Below are positions 13,451-27,507 of a DNA stretch of 64,000 bases, piece after piece. The notes below the pieces were generated by a model. That model had not been told where the DNA came from, did not search any database, and was given only the letters and a program-made list of their open reading frames with translations. The translations under genes and the position numbers were made by a program. The DNA is from the human T2T-CHM13v2.0 reference genome, Homo sapiens. Every line of letters starts with the position of its first letter. The stretch's first letter is position 1. The stretch is from NCBI RefSeq assembly GCF_009914755.1, contig NC_060942.1. One strand, given 5' to 3'.

Positions 13451-13658
13451 TTTATTAATAATATAAATATATGGCAGTAAAATATATAGACAATTTATTT
13501 TCATGTACGATGAATATATATTTTAACATTTAATCATTGATAAAACATTAATAATGAGTAAAGTTATGGATGAGACTGAAATAGCTACAGTCTATAAAAT
13601 ACAGTATTCAGTGTTACCTTGTAGCTTGTAGGCAAAGTTTCTATCAATTATGCTCAGG

Positions 13659-14489
13659 TGTGTTAGCCAACTGCCAAGATGGCCCTCCAAGAGTCACATA
13701 TTCTGGAATTTACTTCCAGTTGTATGCTTTTACACATTTTACCAGGGTGGGCCTGTGTGACCAATAGAATAAGGCAGAAGTGATGAAGAAATAATGATGT
13801 GTCACACCCGAGATGAAGTATAAAAGTCACTGTGATTCTCTCTCATCACGGGATGTGGGGAAAGCTAGCTGCCATGTCCTGAGCACTACTATGGAGCGGT
13901 CCATTTAGCAAGAAACTGAGGCCATGATTGAGCAGTGTTGGAGGCAGACTGCCAGCCCCAGCCAACTGTAGTCCCAGATGACATTTGACTGCAACCTCAT
14001 GAAAGACCCTGAGCTAAACCACAAGGTAACCCACTCACTCTCAGAATCTTAATGCTCAAAAATTGTATGAGATAACAATGTTTGTTGCCTTATGTTGTTT
14101 CTTTAGGGCTTCTTTAATTTTTAATTTAATTTTTTAAATTAATGTAAATGTTAGTTCAATTCTTTAATTACTATATAATCTATAATAATTTAATTTGATT
14201 AATTTAATTTAATTTTTCATTTTAATTATTATGGGTAAATAGTAGGTTTATATATTTATGGAGTACATGAAATGTTTTGTGACAGGCATGCAATGTGTAA
14301 TAATCACATCGTGTAAAATGGAGTATCCAACCCCTCAAGCATTTATCCTTTGTGTTACAAACAATTCAATTATGCTCTTTTAGTCATTTTTAAATGCACA
14401 ATTAAATTATTATTGACTACAGTCACCTGTTGTGCTATCAAATACTAATTTTGTAGTAATTTGTTATGCAGCAATAGATAACAAATGCA
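13659..14489 (+). mobile_element. MLT1 (MaLR) LTR interrupted by an L1MA 3' end
   Basis: ccaagatggccc...cctgtgtgaccaatagaat to ~14095; the terminus gtaatttgttatgcagcaatagataac resumes at ~14450. Confidence 0.75.
14110..14447 (-). mobile_element. L1MA2/3-like 3' end with degenerate AT-rich tail
   Basis: atatatttatggagtacatga...caggcatgcaatgtgtaataatcacatc...cctcaagcatttatcctttgtgttacaaac. Confidence 0.8.
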
Positions 14490-14614
14490 GGTGGAGATAA
14501 AAATATACAATAACTAAAAGGATAATAATTAAACTGTTGCAACTTAGCCTGTATGTGGAAATTTACTTATCTGCAAAAGAAAATATATTTTTATGTAAGT
14601 ACAATATCATTTTA

Positions 14615-15040
<426 letters not shown>

Positions 15041-16069
15041 AATAAAAAACTTATCAGAGGCATGAAGTTAAAATTCTCACAACTTGAAAACAAGCACTTT
15101 TTAAATATTATTTTTGTAGCTGGATAAGTTAATTCCAGTCACTTCCTGTTAGATGAGAGATTTGGAATCAGAAAGATTGTAACTGGCTCCTGACGCCTCA
15201 TTATTCACTGTTAATTGAATGAATTTTGTGACTTAACCCAGGGTTAGGAGGGAATCAAGAGCTCTTAACCTGACAGTAGTGGGGTTGATGCAGAAACTGC
15301 AGAGCTGACTTCATGTTAACAACCAAGATGTGCTTTTCTTATATGAGACTAGAATGTGTTATCAGATGTAACATCCTCTTTGGGGAGGTATTTGAACCTA
15401 AATTATCTTCTTCAGGCCAGAGGCTATGCTCCATTAGCATTTAGCAGGAGACCAAGTAATTTTTCTACCTTTAAAACTAATTTTTCTCCTTGTTGGTGGT
15501 GATAGTAGCTTTTCTTTAATTCTTAAGACAAAATTTCAGAAAAGCTAGAATTTTAAACATGACAGCTTCAAAAATGGTCATCTCAGAAAGAGCAGCTGCA
15601 GAAAGAAGCTGTTTCAAGCTACAGCCGCTTCAAAGTATTAGCCTTTGGAGATAGTAGGTGTTCGATTCGGCAGGGTTCTAATACCAGGACTATGTTTACA
15701 TTCAAGTTAAACCAAATGTAATTAAAATGTATTTCTTCAAAGTAGGGACCGCTTTGTGTAAGAAAATAATTGAAATTTCTACTTATGCAAAATTTAAGTT
15801 TCTACACTTAAAACTCCCATCTTGACCATGCTAATAAGGATGCTGAATATTGGATCAACATTTTTCCCTTTTGAGTAGCACTATGTATTTATCCTTTGGT
15901 TAACTTTCCCGTCATTTATATTTAATTCTAATGTGAAAATTAAAAGTATATATCTGTATGCAAAACAAGGGCTATAAATCTAATTTTCATTATGATTACC
16001 AAAGTTATCTGAAACTTTTTAAAAGGAGACATAAATTTGTATAGGCAAAGAAAAACCCCTTCTCCGAAT

Positions 16070-16858
16070 ATACCTCTCTTGCAGCAGCCACTGTTGATAC
16101 CTCCACTGAAACATGTAAATCTTCCTTAATGTCAAGTGTGATGGTGATTTGTCAGCTTTGATCTGACCTGATCCCTTACAACACTGACACCCTGACTACT
16201 CCTTAGAAAATGTTTGCTCTTTCAGCTACATTGCCTGTGCTTTCTGCAGTTTCTCCACTTATACTTTTATCTCTTATAGATCAGTCCTCTTAGCTGGTTT
16301 CTTTTTTCTTTATCAATCACGAATTGAGTTGCTCCCAGAGTTCTGTCCTCATCTGACATTTCTTTCCAACCTTTACTGTGTAACCTCATTCCATAATTTT
16401 GACTCATTTTTGCTGGTCACCTCCACGTTTCTATCTTCCAGGATACACTAATTATCTCCTGTGCCCCATCTTCCTCTTCTCATTTAGAAGATTTCTAGGG
16501 TTATTATCTTTAAAGGGATATCTGCTGCACATTTATAACTCCACAACCCACAAGAACTTAAATTCAGCATATCAAGCACGATCTCATTTTCATACCATAC
16601 CTATAGCATCTCCTCATCAGGAGTGTCCTGTTTCAATAAATCATGATGCCTCTTACCTAGTTACTAAATATTGAGATTTTCTATGTTTCTCCTCTCCCTG
16701 CACTCTCCCAATAAGAGTCTATTCTAGCATTCTACTTGCTAGCATTTCTTCAAGTTATTCTCATTTTTTGCCGTTATACTTTCCTTAGTTTGGAATTTAT
16801 TATTTCTTGCCAAGATTCCTATATTAACTTCCCAATTAGAGTCCCTACCTCCAACTGT
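16070..16858 (+). mobile_element. Degenerate L2 fragments
   Basis: Pyrimidine-rich L2-like text (ccactgaaac...gttctgtcct...cttaaattcagcatatc). Confidence 0.5.
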
Positions 16859-16863
16859 GTGTC

Positions 16864-17441
16864 ATGGTAGGCAGAATAATGGCCCTCCAAAGATGCCCAT
16901 GACCTATTTCTTGAAACTTGTGGATATGTTACCTTACATGACAAAAAGACTTTGCCAGTGTGATTAAGGTTAAGGACTTTAGAATGAAGAGATTATCCTG
17001 GATTTTCTGGATAGGCTCAATCAAATCCCATTACCCCTGAGTTTAAGCAGGAACATTTCCTGAATGCAATCACGAAGAGGTGTGAGAACATAAGAAGGGT
17101 CAGGGAAATGAAATTTTGCTGTCATTGAAGATGGAGGAAGGGACCAGAAACCAAGGACTATAGCTGTATCTAGGAGCTGGAAAAGTCAAGGAAGCAGATT
17201 TTTCCATAGAGCTTCCAGAAAGAAACACAGTCTGTTGACACCTTGATTTTAGCCCAGTGAGTCCTGTGTCCATATTCTGACCTATAGAATTAAATAATAA
17301 ACATAAATAGATAAAATATTTTCATATATAATGTATATGAAAATATATATACCATATTTTTAGTATAAAATAATAAATGTGTATATTTTTAAGCAAATGA
17401 GTTTGTGGTAATTTGTTAGGGAAACAGAGAAAACTAATATA
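16864..17441 (+). mobile_element. MLT1D-like MaLR LTR
   Basis: ggtaggcagaataatggccctccaaagatg...gattatcctggat...gtttgtggtaatttgtta...aaactaatata. Confidence 0.85.
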
Positions 17442-17507
17442 TCCCTATGAATAATTTTTAACTTCACTAACAGAGGATCTTTCTAAAATGCCAATATGTT
17501 CATGAAA

Positions 17508-18100
17508 ATATGTTTATTAATTTTTATGCTGTATAACAAATTGCCACAAACTTAGCTGCTAAAAAAAAATACACACATTTATTATCTCACAGTTTCCATG
17601 GATCAGGCACACGTTAGCTAAGTTTTCTGCTCAAGATGTCAGCTGGAGTGGTGATCTCATTTAAAGCTCATGTTCCTCTCCCAAACTCACTGGTTGTTGA
17701 CAGAAAATCTGTTCCTTTTTCCTGTGGGACAGAAGCCTTTAGTACCTAGAAGACACTGGCAGTTCTCTTCCAGGTTCCCTTTCCACACATGGCAGATCAT
17801 TTCTTCAGGGCCAACAGGAAAGCAACTGCTATTGCTTCTCCTTTCTGTGATCTCAAGACCTTCTTGTGAAGGGCTCAACTGATTAGTTTGCATCGACCCA
17901 GGATAATCACTTTTGATAAACAAAGTCTATTTATAAAGGAGCTTAATTACATTTGTAATCCTTCATTTTGCCATATAACATAATTACAGGACTAACCTCC
18001 CATTGCATTTGTTATAAGCATGTTACAGGTTCTACCTACGCTCAACAGGAGGCTCTTACAAGTGTGTGGGTCCCTTGATCATCATAGAATTTGGCCTACT
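17508..18100 (-). mobile_element. MLT1 (E/F/G-like) MaLR LTR
   Basis: gctgtataacaaattgccacaaacttagc...catttattatctcacagtttcc...cttaattacatttg. Confidence 0.75.
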
Positions 18101-18848
18101 ATATATGCTACTTAAAAATTCTGGCCTCTGTATTTCTTCTCTCACCTCCATGCTTTTTTACTTGTCCTTCTAGAATGTCCTCCTGGAATGTATTCAACAA
18201 CCCCACCAACCTTGGAGATGCTACTTCCAATCCTGTGTTTACCTCTGGCACAGCATCATTCAAACTGAACCAACATAGTAAATTATCACACTCGGAAATC
18301 TTTTCTCTAAAAATAGATTTAACACATTATAATACCGTGTGTGTGTGTGTGTCTGTGTGTGTATAAATCCATTGGATTTCTTTGGCTAATATCTCAAGAA
18401 AGCTAAGTATAGCTAACTGTACCCTTCCATTCTGTCAATGTTACAAATGTTTTCAATCAACAAATCTTCTATGGTTCTGCCTGAGGTGACTGCGTTCTTC
18501 CCTGTGTGTTGTGGCCATTAATTTCATACTTTGGGAAATGGTTTTGATCCATAATTGCTGACAAAAGTTGTACAAATAATAGTGTTAGACCTGTCACAAA
18601 GTATCAGAGAAAGACAGTCATGATGAATATTAAAATGCAAATTTTCTGTAGGAAATTGTAGTGTAGGATAAAGAATAAAAATCATCAGGCAATTAGGTAG
18701 TGACAGAAGCCATTTGATATTGTGGCAGTCATTGCGCATATCATTGTGTGAATTGGATGGAACATATCTGGAGGACCTTGATCTTAGGAGCTGAAGCCTG
18801 TCTTAACTGCAGGGGTGATTTGGACACATTGAAGAAGCAGGATAAACC

Positions 18849-19548
<700 letters not shown>

Positions 19549-20610
19549 AAAGAAATTTGGGAGATTTGAGAAAGATTGCCAATATATGATGTTGGAAATG
19601 CATTTGCATAGGAATATTATAATGAGTTCATAGCTGAATTATTTCATGCTCTATATCCAGGTCTGTTGTGCCCACCCAACTCCCAAAGGCACGCAGGAGC
19701 ACAAGTAATTGACTGTTGAACATCCAGATATCTCAGCAATAGATTTTGAACAACCTGAGGACAGGAAGCATATTTTACATGTCTTCATATTCCCAGACTT
19801 GAACATGGTACTCTAACATGGAACTAGCATACAGTAAATGTTCAATAAATGTTTATTGAATAAATGAATCTATTCACTCTAATATACTTTTAAAACTTAT
19901 TTTAAAATATTTGAGCATACATAGTGTGGTAGCAGGTATGATAATTCACCCTTTGGGCAATTAAAGTGTGTACTACTTTAATCAGGATTACACACTCCAA
20001 GATGGTTGCTTATCATTTTAAATACTCTTACCAGGAATCCTCATTCCAGATGCAGCTTCCTCAAAAGCTTACATTATATGTATATATCATGAACATAATA
20101 GGGTATGAATTGACATAGGGACTCCATTGATAAAATAAGTAGTGTCCCAGTTATGTGGATTGACTAGAAATACTGTGTAGCCCCTTGGCCCTGGCATGAG
20201 CATGCTCTAAGAATCTAATAAGCCAAGTAGTCCATCTCCTTGGGAGTGATGCTTATAGCTTAGGGCTCCGTTCAGGCTTCCGCTCAGAAATATATAGAGG
20301 AGCCTGAATCGCAGGGCTCTTGACTACAACCCAAAATGGCCAAAGCACGTGAGCCAGGCCTCTCTGGTCTTGGGGTAACCTCATTCTTTCACCACAGTTG
20401 TATCAGTTGCCAAGGGTGTCACACGATTTTTTTAAAAGTTGGGAGATAGTACTCTAGAATTTGTTTGTAACAGCCTCTTATAAGAGTTGTTAAAAGTGGT
20501 GAGAGCTAAGACCTCAGAGAGCTTACAAGAACAACATACATGATTTTTTTTTTTTTGCCTGTTCTCTAATATATGTTTTTACATATTCAGAATTGTGTAT
20601 GCAGAATTGG

Positions 20611-20765
20611 GTCTGTCTTTATCTGGCCATCTTCTTAGAAGGACATGAGTCACATTAGATTAGGGGCCATATTATTCTGGTATGACATCATCTTAATTAT
20701 ATCCACAGTGTAATTAAAAATAAAGTCACATTCTAAGGTACTGGGAGAGAGAACTTCAACATATG
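20611..20765 (-). mobile_element. MLT1B/C terminal fragment
   Basis: ggccatcttcttagaaggaca...gtcacattctaaggtactggg...acttcaacatatg. Confidence 0.75.
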
Positions 20766-20989
20766 CGTTTGAATATACAGTCGGGCAGTGAGAGTGTGTA
20801 GGAAGTCTGCAGCCATCACTCGCCTCCATTCATCAAAGGCTACTGATATCTGCAGCAAGAAATATAAATAATGTAAACCACTAAGCTGGTTTAGATAGGT
20901 TCACAACAATCCCTAGTTTATCACAGTAAAAAGAAAGATTCTTTAAGACTTCTTCAGACTTATAATTAAGAAATATTTCCTGTAGAGGG

Positions 20990-21433
20990 TCTTACTGGTT
21001 TCCCAGGAATACCATAACAAAGTATCACAAACCACATGGCTTAAAACAACAGAAATGTATTGTTTTACAGTTTGGGCAGCTACAAGCTTGAAATCAAGGT
21101 ATTGGCAGCACTGCACTCCCTCTGAAACTTGTAGAGAAAGAGTCCTTCTTGCCTCTTCCTAGACCCTGGTAGTTGCTGGCAGTCTTTGGCATTTCTTGTC
21201 TTGTAGATGCGGCACTTTAACATCGTCCTCAGAGACCGTCACATGGTATTTTCCCTGTGTTTCTCTGCCTTTATGCGGCCATCTTCTTAGAAGGACACCA
21301 GTCACAACGGATTAGGGGCCTCATCTTAACTAAATATACCCGCAGCGTAATTAAAAATAAAGTCACATTGTAAGATACTGAGGCACAGGACTTCAACATA
21401 TTTTGGGGAGGGAGATACAATTCAACCCAGAAT
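20990..21433 (-). mobile_element. MLT1C-like MaLR LTR
   Basis: ccataacaaagtatcacaaac...ggcttaaaacaacagaaatgtatt...acaattcaaccc. Confidence 0.85.
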
Positions 21434-22766
21434 AGGGTCTATTTATTAACTTGAGCATCTGAGACCAAAAGATAGCTGTTGTTTAATTATTCATTCAAGA
21501 GATACTTGTTTAGTTTCTCTTGTGTATGAAATGCTAAAATTTCAGTCCTTGTTCTCAATCTAATGCTGGGGCAAAAGCTAGTAGATGCTGTGAAGCCACT
21601 GTTCCAGTGGCAGGTTAGGCTTCGTTATGGGGAAGCATAGAATTTGAGAGAGGAAAATAATTATAACAGATTAGGTTACCACTCTATTGAAAGTTTAAAA
21701 AAACAAACACACACATCTGTTCTAAGTTCTAAAATGTTCTAAGCTCCCATTAGGAACCTTCATTTCTTCTGAAAAAAAGTAAAATTTTTAAATATCTGAT
21801 CTCATAGAAAATAAAGCTAATAGCATAACAAGATGATTCAGCAACTGAGAAAGCAGTTTAGGATGCAGAAAACCAGCGTCCATTTATCAGCTTCCACATT
21901 TCTTGTGTTATCGGAAGTAACCAGTGTTGTCAGCCTCAAAGAAGAAAATATGACAATAGTGTTTTTGTTTTCACCAACAGGTGAAATCATGTTTCAATCC
22001 CTTTACTGGCAAAGCATTTTTGCTTTGAAATATAATAAGTTTAATGCTTATGTAACTTCATTACACACTTCACATCGGAAAATCAGAACAGCATATCTAT
22101 TTCCTATAAAGAAACAACAATAACAACAAACCTCAATTTTGCTTCTTAGTAGCACAGAAGTAGGTCCAGAAAAGGATTCAGAAAAGCTCTTAACCCCAGG
22201 CTCATGCCATGGGTTACACATGTACAACATCCTCCTTAGACACAGAAATTTTGCAGCTCACCCACCTGGCCTTCAACTGGTGAGCAGGCCTGGTTGTCAT
22301 CCCTCAAGTGTCCTAGTTTCTCTGTAACACCCTCCCCACTGGTCTCTGAAGCTCACACTCTTTCTCTCTCTGCTTCCTGCCCACCCTCAAGGTTCCTCCT
22401 CTTCTCCCAGCCTCTTTTTACCTTCTCTGATGCTGAAGAGGGCTTTAGATGCTTGTACTGGAGGAATTTCTTCTGTGCATTGTGCTAAAATGTCTGTCTC
22501 TCTGTTCCGAATGACATTCAGGGGCAAAAAGCCTTCTCCTCCCTTAATGTTTCTAACCTGGAAAGTGCCTGGTGCCAGAATTAGAATTGGCACATACCAT
22601 GCCCCAGCTACAGGACGGGGTGGGAGAAAAAAATATCCTTCCATATTTAAATTTGGGGAAAAATTTAATGTCGTTAATCTTAGGCAGGAGGACATAAAGA
22701 GATTCCGACCATATGCATTTACACTGTAACATACTCTTAAGCATGTCACAAGAAGAGGTAGTGTGA

Positions 22767-22907
22767 AAGAGAAAGAAAAAGAAGGAAGGAAGGAAGGAAG
22801 GAAAGAAAGGAGAAAGAGAGAAAGGGAGCAAGAAAGAGAGAGAAAGAGAGAAAAAGAGGAAGGGGCAAGGGAGGATGGGAGGAAGAGGAGAAAAGAAGGA
22901 AGAAAGG
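22767..22907. repeat. GA-rich polypurine tract
   Basis: About 140 nt of almost pure A/G, including (GGAA)n. Confidence 0.9.
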
Positions 22908-23703
22908 TACAGAAAATTAAAATTATCCCCTCCAAATGTAACAAAAAGGTTGTTACTTGTATTGATATTTTGAAGATGGGATGAAGGACAGAAATTTACT
23001 CTATGAAGTTAAGTCTTAACCTTGAAAGAATAATGATGATAGTGATAATCTTTTCCCTTTGAGCCACTCATGGAAAAATTAATATGTATTGTTTTTAAAA
23101 GATAATACTAGATTGGGTATGTTATATTTATTTTTAGGTAACATAAAAAAAATCCTTAAGTTAATATGTTTTCAATTCTGTATCTTCTAATATTCTAAAT
23201 GTCTTCCCAACATACTAAATATCTTCTAATTCTAAGAGGCATAAAAATTAGATAAAAATCCAATTGTCTCTTGTCCTCTTACCTTAAATGACTTTTTTTT
23301 TCCAGAATGACTATAATTTCATAATGAAGTACATGGTCCTTACACTTGGGGTGTTTTGTACAGTGAATTTTAGATGTGTGATATAACTCTAACATATGAT
23401 TATAAAACAAGTTCTCCCAGTCTGGTGAATGTAAGCTGATAGAAAGTTGCCCCACACAGATGGTGCTTGGATGAAGGCATTTGTCTCCTAGCAGGAGGCT
23501 TACGTGATAAAGCTCTAAATTCCTGCTGGACAAAATATGCAAACCACAGAACTACAGGGTGTAGTGATCATATTTGCTTAGGTTTTCATTCATTAAAAAT
23601 GCCAGTTGAATTGTATCACTCCAAATAGTATACTGTACTGATACACATGGAGTTAGCAGCCATTCTTCGAAAACTAAAATGCATTTTTTTATTTCAATGT
23701 GAG

Positions 23704-24129
23704 TGTGGTAGGCAAAATAGTGGCCCCCCACAAATGCCAATCCACAGAACCTGTGGATGTGTTACTTTATATGGCAAAATGGACTTTGCAGGTGCGATTA
23801 AATTAAGGGTCTTGAGATAAGGAGATTTTACTGGATTATGTGGGTGGATATAATGTAATCTCAAGGGTCCTTCTAAGAAAGAGGCAAGAGGGTCAGATCA
23901 GAGAAGGAGAAGAACCCAGAAGCAGAGGAATTTGGCAGCCTCTAGAAGATAGAAAGAGCAAGGAATGGATGCTCGCCTGTATCCTCCAGAAGGAGCTCAG
24001 CCTCTGATTTCAACCTCATAGGACCTATTTTAGATTTCTGACCTGCAGATTCTAAGATAATAAATTTGTGTTGTTTTAATCCACTAAATCTGTGGGAATT
24101 TGTTATAGCAGCTATAAGAAACTAATGCA
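23704..24129 (+). mobile_element. MLT1C/D-like MaLR LTR
   Basis: tgtggtaggcaaaatagtggcccc...gactttgcaggtgcgattaaattaagg...aatttgttatagcagc...aaactaatgca. Confidence 0.85.
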
Positions 24130-24169
24130 GTGGGTCATATTACTTGGTATAAGACAATCAATAAAGTGC

Positions 24170-24570
24170 AATACTGAAGAGCTTAGGCTCTGAGTGCAGA
24201 CAGACCTGTTAGAATATGCTGCTCTGACTCTTGTGTAATACTAGGCTAGATAATTAACATCCTGAAGACTAAATGTTTCTTATTTGTAGAATGGATATGA
24301 AAAACAAAGTTTTTATAATGATCAAAGGTGACATCTGCAATGCACTTTAGAAGGTGTCTAATTCTTGTGACAAATATTAGCCACTGTTATCACATATGAG
24401 CACATATCTTTACCAAAATTCAAAAGTGTTTTTACTATAATATTAGCAAAGGAACATTGGAAAACCCTGTCTTAGGTAGATATTATCATCCCCTCATTGC
24501 TGCCAGGAAAATGAAACTTCGACAGTTGAATTGAACAAAGTTATCCGGAGCCACACTCAGAATTTTATGT
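24170..24570. mobile_element. MIR fragments
   Basis: ggctctgagtgcagacagacctg...tttcttatttgtagaatgga; attatcatcccc...gaaaatgaaac. Confidence 0.55.
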
Positions 24571-25610
24571 TTGAATATGAAGCAGAATATAGAAGTGCTG
24601 AATCTGGGAAATATGATCCATCTATAACTTCGCAAAATGGAAGGAAGAACAGAAGATTAGATTGTAACTTGGACCACAATTTTTTAAAATATTCTCTTTT
24701 GGAAACAAAAGCATAATCAGGCAATTTGTAGTCAGCTTTCTATTATAGATACCAAATCATACTCTTGGAAAACTTGAAAGTAATTGAACTTTTATTTATT
24801 TTTAAATACCTGGAGCCATAACTTTAACCTACCTTAGAAAACAAATGTGGCTTTTTATTTTCACATCAGGATATTTTTAAAAGGTTAGTTTGAAGTGGCT
24901 ATAAATATGTGAAGATTTCAACAGCTAAGACAAACATCTCAGTAAATAACTTAATTGAGCTGTGAATATTTAGTGATTGAAATCCGATTACTTTGTGGCT
25001 TAATTTGAGTACTGCTTGACTGCTCTGCAGTTTCAGGCAATTTAACAATGTAGACAGCATATGAAGATGGAATGTTAAATAGTGACTGAGGCTCTCAAAG
25101 TAAAAATGTCTGAGTTGTGTTCCTTTTTGTAAGCATGCCACTGGGTGAGATGCAGCCCGGATTCAAAGACTCCTAATGGGCAGAATATATAAAAGTCACT
25201 GAAAGCACAGATTCTTTCCCCCCACATATTTGGATAATTAGTTTTACTCTCTTGTTGAATTTTGATGCTCACTGGACTCATAAAGATTAATAGCATAACA
25301 TGAAAAATCACCTTCACCTCCGTAAAATACAGTTCTCTCTATGACGGTAATTAAGTAGGGTCAGTGAGTTCTTGTGATGACCTTGTGCTTTTAGAAGATA
25401 TTTAGGGTAGAGGCTCTTCTGATGGATGTTTTTGATATTCTAAAACCCAACTAATGAATTTCTGATATTTTGCAATGCTGTATATTTAGAGACACTGAGC
25501 TTTAAGAGATTCATAATAAGCTAGGTCAATAGAGAGAGCAAACTTGGACACTGCATGCTGAACAAACTGTTTTCCTTGGTCTATCTTTTTAAAAGTATAT
25601 TTCAGATTAG

Positions 25611-26118
25611 TGTTTATATAAGGATTCTCCAGAGAAACAGAAGCAATCGGACGTTTATATGTGTTTGTGTGTGTAAAAAAGGTATTATATCTAAGGAATT
25701 GGCTCACGTGATTATGGGGGCCAGAAAGTCCCAAGTTCTGCAGGGTGAGTTGGCAAGCTGGAGATCCAGAAAGTCAATGGGTTAGTTTCAGTCCACAGGT
25801 TAGAAGGCCCAAGGCCCAAGAAGAATTGATGTTAAGTCTAAAGGCAGGAAAAAGCTGATATCCCAGTTTGAAGGCTGTCCAGCCGGAAGAATTCTCTCCT
25901 ACCTGGGAAAGGTCAGCCTTTTGGTTCTAGTCAAGCCTTCAGCTGATTGGATGAAGACTACCCAACATTAAGGAGGCCAATCTGTGTTACTCAGTCTTCC
26001 AATTCAAATACAAATCTTATCCAAAAACACCCTCACAGACACACCCAGAATCATGTGTGACCAAATATCTGGGCACTCCATGGACCAGTCAAGTTGACAC
26101 ATAAAATTCACCGTCACA
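25611..26118 (-). mobile_element. MLT2 (ERVL) solo LTR
   Basis: ggattctccagagaaacagaa...aaggaattggctcacgtgattatgg...gtcaagttgacacataaaattcaccgtcaca. Confidence 0.9.
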
Positions 26119-26351
26119 TTGCTTCTGTCATTAGTTCCTTTTATTTCACCTTCAAGATAAAGCTGTAAGTTCTATTCATCTCCACCCCTGGCACTCAGCC
26201 CTGGACTAACACAACAGTCTCAGTTTTTCTACATTGATCTCACCCCTGTCCCTTTCTATTCTTCTCACAGAAATCAGATGCCTTCTTTAGAAACTGATCC
26301 TGTTACTATCTTCTCAAAACCTGTCAAGGTCTTCTTAGTTAAGAAAAAATT

Positions 26352-26645
26352 AACCTGCCATGGTGCCTCATGCCTATAATCCAGCATTTTGGGAGGCCAA
26401 GGTGGGAGAATCACTTTGGCTCAGGAGTTTGAGACCAGCCTGGGCAATATAGTGAGACCTCATCTCCACCAAAAATCAAAGAAAATAGCTGGGTGTGGTT
26501 GTGTGTACCTGTAGTCCCAGCTACTTGGAGGCTGAGGCAGGAGGATCACTTGAGTCTGTAAGTCTAGGCTGCAGTGAGCTGTGATCGTGCCACTGTACTC
26601 CAACCTGGACAAAAGAATAAGACCCTGTCTCAAAATAGAAAAAAC
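26352..26645 (+). mobile_element. AluJ
   Basis: J-type diagnostics (cctgggcaatatagtgagacc, ggaggatcacttgag, gaccctgtctc). Confidence 0.9.
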
Positions 26646-26734
26646 TTGAAAATCCTCCCCTTGACTCTCAGGGTCCTATTCTGACTGCTGCCCACCTCTG
26701 CAGGCTTGTTCTCATCTTTACTTACATCAATATA

Positions 26735-26905
26735 TCAACATATTATTATTTCAATATGAAATCAACATAACAATAGGAATAAGATATTTTACATCCCTTT
26801 TGCCATACTATCTTCAAAACAACCTGGACCAGCATTTCTTGATTTGGACTGGCCGGATGTTGAGTACTCAAAGCCACATGTGGCACTAGTGTTGGTCAGG
26901 GCAGT
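26735..26905. mobile_element. MER33/MER3-like hAT-Charlie fragment
   Basis: aagatattttacat...atttggactggcc...agtactcaaagccacatgtggc...cagggcag. Confidence 0.55.
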
Positions 26906-26971
26906 TCTAGAGGATCGATTAGTTACTGTCAATGGGAATATCATATCAGGAGAAATATAGGTCATTTAATA

Positions 26972-27507
26972 CAGGGGTCCCCAAACCCCAGGCCACAGAC
27001 ATCAAGGGGTCCGTGGCCTGTTAGGAACCTGGTCGCACAGCAGGAGGTAAGCCGCAGGCGAGCAAGCAAAGCTTCATCTGTATTTGCAGCCACTCCTCAT
27101 TGCTTGCATTACCACCTGAGCTCTGCCTCCTGTCAGATCAGTGGCAGCATTAGATTCTCATAGGAGTGCAAGCCCTATTGTGAACCACGTATGTGAGAGA
27201 TTTTTCTCTCACATGTTTGCATGTTCCTTATAAGAACCTAATGCCTGATGATCTGTCACTGTCTCCCATCACTCATAGATGGGACTGTCTCGTTGCAGGA
27301 AACAAGTTCAGGGCTCCCACTAATTCTACACTATGATGAGTTGTATAATTATTTCATTATATGTTGCCATGTAATAATAATGGAAATAAAGTGCATAATA
27401 AATGCAATTTGCTTGAATCACCCTGAAACCATCCTCTTTCACTGGTCTGTGGAAAAATTGTCCTCCACAAATCTGGTCCCTGTTGCCAAAAATGTTGGGG
27501 ACCACTG
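26972..27507 (+). mobile_element. MER1A hAT-Charlie element
   Basis: Terminal inverted repeats caggggtccccaa / ttggggaccactg; 8-bp TSD atttaata / atataata; ~536 bp. Confidence 0.92.

Noticed and set aside
22387-22984. 185-aa and 73-aa ORFs
   Set aside because: They are translations of the GA-rich low-complexity tract.
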